NCBI GenBank assembly: GCA_951406725.2
Contig: OX597816.1
Coordinates: 173,414,001-173,478,000 of the forward strand
Source of the DNA: Octopus vulgaris
Lineage: Eukaryota
Reading direction: 5' to 3'
DNA: 64,000 bases
The translations under genes and the position numbers were made by a program. Within the stretch, counting starts at the first letter, position 1. Each line of letters opens with the position of its first letter. Positions 1-10,559 of the stretch are shown here, in pieces. The notes beneath the pieces were generated by a model. That model worked only from the letters and a program-made list of their open reading frames with translations, was not told the DNA's origin and ran no database searches.

Positions 1-84
1 CCATTTGTTTTTCTATAATTTCCAAATAATTTTTTAAATACTTCATGATGTGTGCATCATGTCTACAGAATAATAGACAGGCCA

Positions 85-810
85 TCATGAGAACAAAACG
101 TATGTGTGTATGTAGACATAGATGTATGCGCATGTGTTAAGAACATATAAGGATGGCAATAAGAAGAAAGTGAAAGACTCTAAAGCTATCGAAGTGAGAA
201 GTTCATAGACAAAAGAAAACCAATACCAGTTCGTTGTCAATAGTACACGGTAGTTGAAATACTGTATCAAGAAGTTGCAGCCGTGATGCTGAGCCAGTTG
301 CAGGTACAGTCATATGTGAAGTCATGGCTGCTGTCTGAGTCACTTGGTACAGGTTGTATATTTGCTGTTGATCCATGGTGAAGTGTTGGAACCTGGGTGA
401 ATTGCTTGCTGAGCTGCGTACATAGAGAGATGATGCTGATGATGGTGGCGATGAAGATGGAGGTTGCCATAATGCTGTTGGATGAAGTTTGTAAGTCTCA
501 ACGTGGCTGCTGTGGTGTTGTCTGAAACTGGCTGTGTCTTTGTGGTCAGTGGCTAGACCTTAAAAGGTCTGGAACCAAAGACTTCGGAACAAAGAAATGC
601 TGAGTTTTTATAAGGAGCTGTAGGCTCAGACAGGGTGGTGAACAGGCTGTCCCAAGTGATCCTATTTAGGGCCTCCAACTGGTTATACATGGCAAATTAG
701 CACAACAGAATAAGAGACAAATTGCACCAATACCAACCAATCGGAGTAGTAGATACAATATTGTCCAAATAGTGGCCAAAGGTTAGCTGTTCCCTGCTAT
801 GTTCAAATGC
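85..810 (-). repeat. old interspersed repeat, same family as ~13996-14520
   Basis: reverse complement of ~690-805 (cagctaacctttgg...attggttggtattggtgcaatttgtctctt) aligns by eye with ~13997-14120. Confidence 0.4.
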
Positions 811-829
811 AAGTATATATAATAAATGG

Positions 830-1345
830 GAGAGAGGAATTTCAGCTGGCTCTATGCTACAAAGGTTATGAAGACAAGGAAAGCTCTTAGACTGTCAGGA
901 ATCACTATCTGGTGGAGTAGGATATGGCTTAGTCAAACATATAGCCAATCAGGTGGCACAGGAAGGTGCCATAACCTATGACTAGTGTAGGAGCATTATA
1001 GTTAGCCACTACAAGGGTAAAAGAAATGCCTTAGAAACAATTTCAGGGAGATCAGGCTGCTGGACCAGTTACAGAAAGAATTATAGCTCAGTTGGTTAGA
1101 AAGCGAATTAGACAAGATGAAATGCAATTTTGTTTTTTTTTTTATGTTAGGGAGAAGTTGTATCTTCGTAGTGAGATAGTTGCAGAAGTATAAGACTAAA
1201 AGTAAACAGTTGTACTGGGCATTCATTGACCTGGAGAAAATCTTCAACAGAGTGCCTTGCTCTGTTATCAGGTGGTCTCTAATGAAGCTAGGAGTAGGTG
1301 GATGGCTTGTTAGAGCCATACAAGCTATGTATTGTGGTGCTGTCA
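830..1345 (+). mobile_element. degenerate RTE-clade LINE reverse transcriptase fragment
   Basis: LYWAFIDLEKIFNRVPCSVIRWSLMKLGV...AIQAMY (RT AFIDLEKAFD motif) with stops and frameshifts. Confidence 0.75.
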
Positions 1346-1417
1346 CTTATATTCACCTCCCTGTAACACACACACACACACACACACTCACATGTATGTA
1401 TGTATGCTATTTTCTAG

Positions 1418-1547
1418 TTTTAGCTGTCTGGTGAAGATGAATTGCGAAGCTGAAGCTTGGGCAACTCTTAACTCATTGATATACGAGTACCCTGACAACT
1501 TAGACCTCATTGTGATGAAGGCTCGTCTTAGGCAACTCTCTGGAGAG
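1418..1547 (+). CDS. TTC16: TPR protein TTC16-like, internal coding exon (first in window)
   Basis: tttctAG acceptor, GTaagg donor; encodes (S)FSCLVKMNCEAEAWATLNSLIYEYPDNLDLIVMKARLRQLSGE; phase 0 end joins the next exon in frame. Confidence 0.8.
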
Positions 1548-1694
1548 GTAAGGATCAAATGACATTTAATTATTTCTGTCATAAATGTAGTTATCCTGTT
1601 ATTGTCTCTACTCTTTCTCTTCTATGTCTGTCTATCTTTTTCTCTTTTTTCTTTCATATTCACACACATATTCATACATTAATATTTATATAAA

Positions 1695-2333
1695 TGGCCT
1701 CCTTGCCGGTGGCATGTAAAAAGCACCATCCGTTCGTGGCCGTTGCCAGCCTCGCCTGGCCCCTGTGCCGGTGGCACATAGCACCATCCGTTCATGGCCA
1801 TTGCCAGCCTTGCCTGGCCCCCGTGGCACGTAAAAGCACCATCCGATCGTGGCCGTTGTCAGCCTCACCTGGCCCCCATGCTTGTGGCATGTAAAAGCAC
1901 CATCCGATCGTGGCCGTTTGTCAGCCTCGCCAGGCCGCCGTGCCGGTGGCACATAAAAAGCACCATCCGTCCGTGGCTGTTTGCCCGCTCCGTCTGGCAC
2001 CTGTGCGGGTGGCACGTAAAAAGCACCATCCGATCGTGGCCGTTTGTCAGCCTCGCCAGGCCGCCGTGCCGGTGGCACATAAAAAGCACCATCCGTCCGT
2101 GGCCGTTTGCCCGCTCCGTCTGGCACCTGTGCGGGTGGCACGTAAAAAGCACCCACTACACTCACGGAGTGGTTGGCGTTAGGAAGGGCATCCAGCCGTA
2201 GAAACACTGCCAGATCAGACTGGGCCGATGCAGCCTTCTGGCTTCACAGACCCCAGTTGAACTGTCCAACCCAGGCTAGCATGGAAAGCGGACGCTAAAT
2301 GATGATGATGATGGTGATGATGATGATGATGAT
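1695..2333 (+). mobile_element. SINE-like element (family E) with about 8 tandem ~60-nt units and a (GAT)n tail
   Basis: repeated ggtggcacgtaaaaagcaccatccg units, then ggttggcgttaggaagggcatccag...gctagcatggaaagcggacg(GAT)n; five other clear copies in the window. Confidence 0.75.
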
Positions 2334-2406
2334 ATAAAAGAAGAAAAAGAAAATGGAGATTGGGAAGTTAATTACTGTTTATTATTAACAACAAATTAAT
2401 CATCAT

Positions 2407-2488
2407 CCCTCACACCTGTTTCAGTTGTTACTCAGTGAATTAATTAAACATTAAATTCATATGACCTGAGTATAATATCTTCAGAGGG
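2407..2488 (-). ncRNA. degenerate type I hammerhead ribozyme motif
   Basis: minus strand CCCU-CUGAAGA-[long stem with UACUCAG/CUGAGUA]-GAAA-CAGGUG-UG-AGGG; triplet is GUG and the base of stem II is mismatched. Confidence 0.5.
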
Positions 2489-2751
2489 GAAAAAAATATA
2501 CACTTGAATGTTTTATATATGTGTTTATGGATTCATATATATATATATATATATATATACTAAGTAATTAAGGGTTTAGCAACGAATTGCCTCACCAACA
2601 CACCGAATTTAGAAATAGCAGTCAAAGAGATATAGCTATTCCTTCTACTAAAAGGGGGATCTCAGTAAAAACACAGCACTTGAAAGGCAAACACAGACAG
2701 GTAAGAAAGAAAGAATGAAATGACGGCAATCTATCATACAATTTTAAGTTA

Positions 2752-2843
2752 CCTACGGACGTACGTTTCGAAATCAAGTTTTAGGAGAGCATAAGAATTA
2801 GAAAATTCTACTTTACCCAAACTTCTTTTCTCATCAGCGCAGG
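2752..2843 (-). ncRNA. type I hammerhead ribozyme (PLE/retrozyme type, long stem II)
   Basis: minus strand CCUGCG-CUGAUGA-GAAA..UUUC-GAAA-CGUACG-UC-CGUAGG: 6-bp stem I, canonical core, GUC triplet, palindromic stem/loop III. Confidence 0.8.
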
Positions 2844-2964
2844 ATACTACAATTATGAATAATTGTATATTAAATTTTGAGATACTAGAAGGCATTATCT
2901 CAACTCAGTGTCAGAGCGAGCCAAAGCATGACCAGTACCACGAAATTCAAAGTTTGAATGAAAG

Positions 2965-2997
<33 letters not shown>

Positions 2998-3605
2998 CAT
3001 ATATATATATACACTATTCAGTTGATGGGCGGTATTATGCAGTTGAGGGTTGTTGCTTTTTAGACCCAAGTCAGTTCTAATTGAGGAAACCCACTATTGA
3101 ATGTTTTCCAGCCTTGACTATTCCATCTTTTATTCTGAGATAGTGTACCTAAGACTACATACTCTAATGTTTCCTTGCATTTTTAAGATAGTAGGATGTG
3201 GTATGAAGGATATTTGGATGTTATTTTTAGCAAGTTGAGCCACCTTGTTGAGACTTTTGTCACAAGTGTATGTAATGTGGTTATGATATTGGCGGTGGTA
3301 GTTGTGATTGAAGTGGTGGTTGCTACAGTCTCGGTTGAAATAGTGGCAGGTCTGGTAGTGGTCACAATGATGGCAGTTGTAGAGATGGGTTTCTGGTGGT
3401 AATGGTGATCATCATCATGGCAATAGTTATCAAGGAAAAAAGTTTAATGTGTGTGTTGATGCACATGTATGTGTCTCCTGGTCTTAACATTGTATGATAG
3501 TTGCCGATGAGACACACTACCACATAAGCAAAAACATGTCCAACCACCACAAAATACTATGTTGCTTGGAAACAGATGAGGGTTAGTGACAGGAAAGATA
3601 TACAG

Positions 3606-3803
3606 CAGTGCTTTTCAAGCTTTTTGCTGGAGTGGAACCCCCAAGGAAACATTCCACTGGCTCGGGGAACCCCTGTGCAATGATTTAATAGTCTTATGCA
3701 CACATATCTGTACAGGAGAATTAAAAATTACTGCCGATTTTAGCAGTTTTGTAACTTCTTGCGGAACCCTAAGGTTCCACGGAACCCTGGTTGAAAACCA
3801 CTA
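3606..3803. mobile_element. hAT-type MITE
   Basis: TIRs cagtgcttttcaa / ttgaaaaccacta; 8-bp TSD atatacag / gtatacag. Confidence 0.75.
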
Positions 3804-4624
3804 GTATACAGCCATAGAAAACCTGATTCAATGAATCTCATCTGAGCCACACAAACATGGAAAAATGGATGTTAAAATAACTATGATGATGATGATGATG
3901 GTGGTGCCTTTTAGGTGAGCAAATGAGGCAGTTTCATAATTAAATGAATTATTCTTAAATATAAAAATAATAAGTGGTTTCTAATTCATTATCAAATACT
4001 GACAAGCTCAAAAACTCTATGCTTTTCGCTCTCAATATATATACTAAATACTAATGCTTCACAATATTAAACTATGTGCAATAGGTTCAACTCCAGAAAG
4101 GTATTAAATATCATACTATAAAGGCAGAATGATGTCTGCTTTCTCAGTGTCGTATTGGTCATTTGAAAGTAAGAAGTATAAATGTAATGCATGTGTGTGT
4201 GCATGTATCATTTTTCTCAAATGATGGAGTTAATTTTCATGGGTACACTTAAGCTTTTTGGAAATGTATAAAATATTGGTAAATAATATATGTGTGTTTA
4301 TGTGTACGTGTGTTGGATGTGTTATGCATAAGATCCCATTATGACACCTTGAGCCAGTGTTCTCTGCTATAGCCTTGAGTCACTTGGCTGATGGAAATTG
4401 TGTGGTAGCCGATTGGGTGATTCAAGAATTCATCCTTGCCCCACAGTTGCTTCCTAGTTCTGACTGATAATTATGCTAACAATACATTTCAGTGGAATAT
4501 TCAGTCACTAACCTGTAATCCAGTAAGCCAGTAGTTTAGTTGATCAAACAAACAAACAAACAAAAACCCATTATCAAAACTAAAGAAGATCCAAATGAAG
4601 CAAAAGGCAATCCTTACATCCATC

Positions 4625-5693
4625 TTAACATGGATGTTGTGTTAGAACAGTGAATAGGGCATTATTTACTCTGCGGGGACATCTCATATGGACACACGGC
4701 ACATAAAAGCATTCATGTTTATGTCATAGGCAAATGAGAACTTCTGCTACTAGCATTGGAACTGCCAGATCATGTGATTTCACCCTGCCCAGGTTCATTA
4801 GCAGCAGACATCCAGCAGTGATACAACTGCTGAATCTCATTGTCAATGGTATTTGGAACTTCTATTGTCAATGGTATTGTCAATGGTATTTGGAAGTTCT
4901 ATAGGCGGCGAGCTGGCAGAAACGTTAGCACGCCGGGCGAAATGCTGAGCGGTATTTCGTCTGCTGCTATGTTCTGAGTTCAAATTTCGCCGAGGTCGAC
5001 TTTGCCTTTCATCCTTTCGGGGTCGATAAATTAAGTACCAGTTACGCACTGGGGTCGATGTAATCGACTTAATACCTATGTCTGTCCTTGTTTGTCCACT
5101 CTGTGTTTGGCCCCTTGTGGGTAATAAAGAAATAGGTATTTGGAACTTCTATATATCATTGACAGTGAGATTCAGCTGTTATGTCACAACAGGACATCTG
5201 CCACTGTTGATCCTGGGCAGGGCGAAATCACATGAGCTACCTGTAACAGACGATTCTCATTTGCCAATCAATTAACTATGAGTGCTTTTTTTGTGCTATG
5301 TGTCCATATGAGAAGTCCTCCCAAGGTAAATAATGCAGCATTCAGTGTTCTAGTACAACATTCACGTTAAGTTTGACATAAGGATTGCCTTTTGTTAGTA
5401 ATTCTGCTAATTATTTTTTTGATAAACCTGCTAGCTATTTGCGACATCAGTGATCGAAAAAACACCAAAATACTATATATTTTTCTCAGTGAGATTCAAC
5501 TGTTATGACATCACTGGATGTTTGCTACAGGGTGAAACCATGTAATCTGACAGTTCTGGCCCCTGTAGCAAACAATTCTTGTCTGCCAACAATAGAAACA
5601 TGAGTGCTTTTTATGTGCCTTGCATCCATACGAGGGGTTCTCTCAGGGTAAATAATGCAGTATTTGGTGTTCTAACATAGCATCCATGTGAAG
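4625..5693. repeat. three diverged copies of a ~220-bp repeat (one minus 4625-4848, two plus 5157-5372 and 5486-5693)
   Basis: shared cagtgagattcag...ggtaaataatgcag...gtgttcta...acatccacgttaag blocks; the first two copies are inverted. Confidence 0.6.
4904..5134 (+). mobile_element. tRNA-derived SINE family A
   Basis: ggcggcgagctggcagaaacgttagc...gttcaaatt..gtcgactttgcctttcatcctttcggggtcgataaa; 19-bp TSD ggtatttggaa(g/c)ttctata. Confidence 0.85.
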
Positions 5694-5709
5694 TTTACAT
5701 ATAAAAAAA

Positions 5710-5937
5710 GGCGCGAGCTGGCGGAACCGTTAGCACGCCGGTTGAAATGCGTAGCTGTATTTCGTCTGCTGTTACGTTCTGAGTTCAAATTCCGCCGAGG
5801 TCGACTTTGCCTTTCATCCTTTAGGGGTCGATAAAATTAAGTACCAGTTACGCAGTGGGGTCGATGTAATCGACTTAATCCATTTGTCTGTCCTTGTTTG
5901 TCCCCTCTATGTTTAGCCCCTTGTGGGTAGTAAAGAA
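5710..5937 (+). mobile_element. SINE family A
   Basis: near-identical to 4904-5134; TSD-like acatataaaaaa. Confidence 0.85.
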
Positions 5938-6095
5938 ACATATAAAAAATGTGAAAGGTTTTCTCATGTTACAATGAAAGTGTTTTTAACTATCCTCCCT
6001 CCCACTCTGTGTCTCTTCCCTGCTCCATCTCCTTTCCAACCTGAATTGAAATAATTGCTATTCTAACAATGGATTCTGTTGTGCTCCTCTTGCAG

Positions 6096-6307
6096 TATTC
6101 TTTGGCATTCTATGACTTGAAAAACATTGCTGAATACGAAGACGGTGCTAATGCTCGTGCAATGCTAGAAGCAATCAGAAACAAGGCAGAGGAATATTGG
6201 CAAGTGGCCATCAAGCTGAACATGCGACAAGATTTCTATCCAGCCATCAAAAAAATTCATTTGGCCATTAAATTATGGCCAGCCCAGGCCAAATTCTATT
6301 TTCTCAG
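6096..6307 (+). CDS. TTC16: TTC16-like coding exon
   Basis: ctcttgcAG / GTatgc; YSLAFYDLKNIAEYEDG...AIKKIHLAIKLWPAQAKFYFL(R), TPR-like; phase 0 in, phase 2 out. Confidence 0.88.
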
Positions 6308-6470
6308 GTATGCTAGCACCTATTCTTAACTCTACCAACATCATCAGTATTTTGACTGCTGTTCTTGTAGTTGCTATTACTATTTAACCCAAATCAGTCC
6401 GATGGATCAGCCTATGATAAGAAGCATTACAATCAGGATCATCCCATTTTTTTTTTTTAGCCTCTCTCTG

Positions 6471-6872
6471 TTACTCTGTTACTTGTTTCAGTCATTTGAC
6501 TGCGGCCATGCTGGAGCACCGCCTTTAATCGAGCAACTCGACCCCGGGACTTATTCTTTTGTAAGCCTAGTACTTATTCTATCGGTCTCTTTTGCCGAAC
6601 CGCTAAGTAACGGGAACATAAACACACCAGCATCGGTTGTCAAGCAATGCTAGGGGACAAACACAGACACACAAACACATACAAGGATATATATATATAT
6701 ATACATATATACGACAGGCTTCTTTCAGTTTCCGTCTACCAAATCCACTCACAAGGCTTTGGTCGGCCCGAGACTATAGTAGAAGACACTTTCCCAAGGT
6801 GCTACGCAGTGGGACTGAACCCGGAACCGTGTGGTTGGTAGACAAGCTACTTACCACACAGCCACTCCTGTG
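6471..6872 (-). mobile_element. tRNA-derived SINE family B (internal TA/TG microsatellite, CR1-like tail)
   Basis: reverse complement of ggagtggctgtgtggtaag...ggttcagtccc...ccttgggcaagtg...ggcggtgctccagcatggccgcagtcaaatgactgaaacaagtaa; more than 12 copies in the window. Confidence 0.85.
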
Positions 6873-7104
6873 TATCTAAAACTACATTATTCAATGTGTC
6901 CTTCCATTTTTTTTTTAAAGCTGGTAGATATGATTTAAGGAAGGTTGGCTGCTATTTCTAACAGAAAAATTGATTACATATTTGCTACCTTGTTACCTCA
7001 CACCATGTTATATCTGATGTTGTTGTTTAGCCCCAGGTCAATCCTGATCATATAGACCTATGGCAAAAGACATCCAGCCAGAGTAATCCTTTTTCTTTAA
7101 CATA

Positions 7105-7530
7105 GGCGCAGGAGTGACTGTGTGGTAAGTAGCTTGCATACCAACCACATGGTTCCGGGTTCAGTCCCACTGCGTGGCATCTTGGGCAAGTGTCTTCTGC
7201 TTTAGCCTCAGGCTGACCAATGCCTTGTGAGTGGATTTGGTAGACGGAAACTGAAAGAAGCCTGTCGTATATATGTATATATATGTATATATGTATGTGT
7301 GTGTATATGTTTGTGTGTCTGTGTTTGTCCCCCTAGCATTGCTTGACAACTGATGCTGGTGTGTTTACGTCCCCGTCACTTAGCGGTTCGGCAAAAGAGA
7401 CCGATAGAATAAGTACTGGGCTTACAAAAGAATAAGTCCCGGGGTCGATTTGTTCGACTAAAGGCGGTGCTCCAGCATGGCCGCAGTCAAATGACTGAAA
7501 CAAGTAAAAGAGTAAAGAGAGTAAAAGAGT
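7105..7530 (+). mobile_element. SINE family B
   Basis: full-length copy with (GAGTAAAA)n tail. Confidence 0.85.
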
Positions 7531-8147
7531 ATAATATGTTCGATTTTTAAAATGAGTTAGCAGCAGAAATTTGGTTGCTATTTTTAACTGCTTAAATTAC
7601 TACATAGAAGCTCCATCCTTTGCTGGATGTGTTATTGTTGTTGTTGCTGTTCCTTTTGCTACTGTTGTTGCTAATACTGTTATTGTTGCAATTGTTGTTG
7701 TTGTTGTCGTTGTTGTTGTTGTTGTCGTTGTTGTTGTTATTACTGCTGCAGTAATGTTATACTGATGTCAAACATTTATGGTTCTAAAAGCTTTTTAGTC
7801 AGGTTTTTGTCCTCAACATGATCAACGCCATCAGTATCATGATATCATAACCACTAAAACCACCACCACCACCACCACCACACCATCACAACACTATCAT
7901 CATCATCATCATCACTAATGCTATCATAATGTATATTCTCATTGTCTCCCTTTTGCCAAAGTCAGATCTATCTTTCATCCTTCAAGGATTGATAAAATAA
8001 AGTACCAGTCAAATATTGAGGTTAAGTTAATTGACTATTCACCTCCCCACAAATTTGTCTACTTGTGCTTGTCTTACATATTATTACCAATACACTGTTA
8101 TAATCACATATTCTCACGCTATTGCCAGTGAATTGTCATATATAAAA

Positions 8148-8542
8148 CTAGCAGTATCGCCCGGCGTTGCTCGGGTTTGTAAGGGAAATAACTATATAAG
8201 CATTTTTAGAGATGTAAAGTATAATAGGCATCTCAATATGGCTAACCACAAAGGGGGGGAGGGTTACTGTAGCTTTTTACATTCTGAGATTTAATAATAA
8301 ATTTTTAGAGAGTTACTTCCCTTATATATGCCAAAAATGCATTAAAAATGGGAAAAATTTATGGTAAATTTTTTTTTAAATCGTAGACTCATCGTAGACG
8401 CGCGCTAATACCCAGAAGGGCTCGATATGAATCACGACTATAAGATACCTGGTTTTGGTTAAACTGCACTGCAAAATGTGGGAGTAAGGAATCTAAATCG
8501 TAGGAGACAGACAGCACACAACCTCACTTTTATATATAAAGA
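8148..8542 (-). mobile_element. non-autonomous Helitron, ~395 bp
   Basis: on the minus strand 5' TC ... hairpin cccgagcaacgccggg then CTAG 3', inserted between A and T; five copies in the window. Confidence 0.85.
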
Positions 8543-8678
8543 TTACCAATACACTGTTATGATCACATATTCTTACGCTATTACCAGTGAATTGTCATAT
8601 ATAAAATTTCTCAAATCCTACTAAAGACAACTAAAGACAACTACAGCAAAAATATTCTCTCCAAATTCTTCTGCACAG

Positions 8679-8926
8679 AGGTATCCTGTACCGTCACATC
8701 AATGAGTTCACTTTATCCATCGATGACCTGATTGAGGCCCTTCAGAAGAGCACCCCTGAAGAGAAGGAGACATATGCTTCTGATGCTGAGAAACAGCTTT
8801 TGCTGACCTTCAATGATTTCTCAGTAGAATGTTTCACCAATGGATATTTTGATGATGCCATCAAGCTGCTCAACAAGGCCATCTCTGTGGAGAAGATGCA
8901 GAAAGGGCTCTACCTGAACAGGGCTG
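8679..8926 (+). CDS. TTC16: TTC16-like coding exon
   Basis: ttctgcacAG / GTcagt; (R)GILYRHINEFTLSIDDLIEALQK...EKQLLLTFNDFSVECFTNGYFDDAIKLLNKAISVEKMQKGLYLNRA matches the TTC16 signature QLLLTYNDFAV..LLNKAI..EK.EKGLYINRG; phase 2 in, phase 1 out; absent from the ORF track. Confidence 0.92.
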
Positions 8927-9062
8927 GTCAGTAAGAAACACTTTGCTTTACTTATATACATAAGCACATGAAGAAAGATGTCTGCATGCACACACACACA
9001 CACACGCACACACACTCACACACACACACGCGCACACACACACATATTAACCACAGCATCTG

Positions 9063-9103
<41 letters not shown>

Positions 9104-9131
9104 TTTATTAAAAATCAGCAAAAATATCACA

Positions 9132-9177
9132 AAAATTGTTACTCAGAGCTTCACGTTTCTGTTCATCGGACAGTTTT
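9132..9177 (-). ncRNA. minimal, degenerate hammerhead motif in a (TA)n-flanked PLE-like end
   Basis: minus strand AAAACUGU-CCGAUGA-AC(AGAAAC)GU-GAAG-CUCUGAG-UA-ACAAUUUU; GAAG instead of GAAA. Confidence 0.45.
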
Positions 9178-9645
9178 GTTTAGAATGGAACAAAAATACG
9201 GTTATAAGCAAACATATACAATTAGCTTAATAGATACACACTTGAAAATGGTTTTGTTTCATTGGTCCTTTCAACTAATGGTCTTTACAGTGACCGGTTG
9301 CACACAATGAACAAATTATGGTATAAAATCATTTTATTATAAAATCGAAGAAAACCTTAAATCAAAAATAGCTTATAAAGAAGGACAGAGCCTAAATAGC
9401 CAGGGTAAATAATTATCTGTAGAATATCAATCAATTAATACATTAAAAGTTATATCTGTTTAAAAAAATTTTCATGTTGGATTACATATACATTTAGCAG
9501 TATATGCACATACCAAGCCATCTATAATATACATATATACATTAAACATACAGACACATGTACATAGCTACATACATATACAGACATATATAGGCAAGAC
9601 ATAAATATATATACAAATGCATATACATATACATATATATATACA

Positions 9646-9697
<52 letters not shown>

Positions 9698-9699
<2 letters not shown>

Positions 9700-9886
9700 A
9701 ATTAAGGACTGAACACGAAAAGTGGACAGTTAACATGCTAGATATAGACGTCAAATCGCCGAAAAGTGGACAGTCAACATGCTAGATATAGACGTCAAAT
9801 TGCCATTCTCCACAATGGAGAATGGCGATTTGACGTCTATATCTAGCATGTTGACTGTCCACTTTTCGTGTTCAGTCCTTAATTGG
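9698..9886. repeat. near-perfect palindrome, 71-nt arms, 3-nt loop, 44-nt tandem duplication in the left arm
   Basis: ccaattaaggactgaacacgaaaagtggacag...ctcca CAA tggag...ctgtccacttttcgtgttcagtccttaattgg. Confidence 0.9.
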
Positions 9887-10016
9887 TATATATAAATATT
9901 TAATCTTCGGATTCTTTTTTTAATATGCTAGACCACTGGTTTTAATTGATAAATATTGATTTCTACCCTTAATTAATTTTATATATATATATGTATATAT
10001 GTGTATATATATACAT

Positions 10017-10051
<35 letters not shown>

Positions 10052-10123
10052 CATATGTATATATGTGTATATACATATATACATATATATAAATATATAT
10101 ATATATATACATACATATATATA

Positions 10124-10155
<32 letters not shown>

Positions 10156-10194
10156 AATATATACATATATATATATATACATATATATATATAA

Positions 10195-10247
<53 letters not shown>

Positions 10248-10270
10248 TATACACATATATATATATATGT

Positions 10271-10307
<37 letters not shown>

Positions 10308-10393
10308 AATCCAAACGGGAAACAAAAAAACAACAACAATGGAACAATTACAGTATTATTATTAATAGGCGCTCAGGAAATGGAAGCAGGGAG

Positions 10394-10428
10394 GTATGAC
10401 GTTTCGAGCGGAGCTCTTCGTCGGAAAC
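10394..10428 (-). ncRNA. minimal hammerhead motif in a Penelope-type pLTR fragment (~10303-10520)
   Basis: minus strand GUUU-CCGACGA-A-GAGC(UCC)GCUC-GAAA-CG-UC-AUAC; GAAACGUC is the minimal PLE-type helix III; one mismatch in stem I. Confidence 0.55.
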
Positions 10429-10517
10429 ATAAAGAAGGAAGAGAGAGGAAAGAAAGATCCCAGAGCGGGCACGGGGATAGAGAAAAAACGACTGGTGTTT
10501 AGGAGTTACACATGGTG

Positions 10518-10559
<42 letters not shown>

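Noticed and set aside
1735-1800. HDV-like ribozyme in family E units (GCCAGCCTCGCCTGGC resembles HDV P3/L3; a P1 can be drawn between adjacent units)
   Set aside because: No P2 partner or convincing J4/2 could be found, so the nested double pseudoknot does not close.
1686-2207. Repetitive ORFs (DGAFYVPPA...) and CRISPR-like periodicity
   Set aside because: Tandem units of a SINE-like repeat; spacers are not unique, there are no cas genes, and the context is eukaryotic.
6402-7349. Recurrent ORFs such as MSSNARGTNTDTQ.. and FQSFDCGHAGAPP..
   Set aside because: Spurious frames within SINE family B copies.
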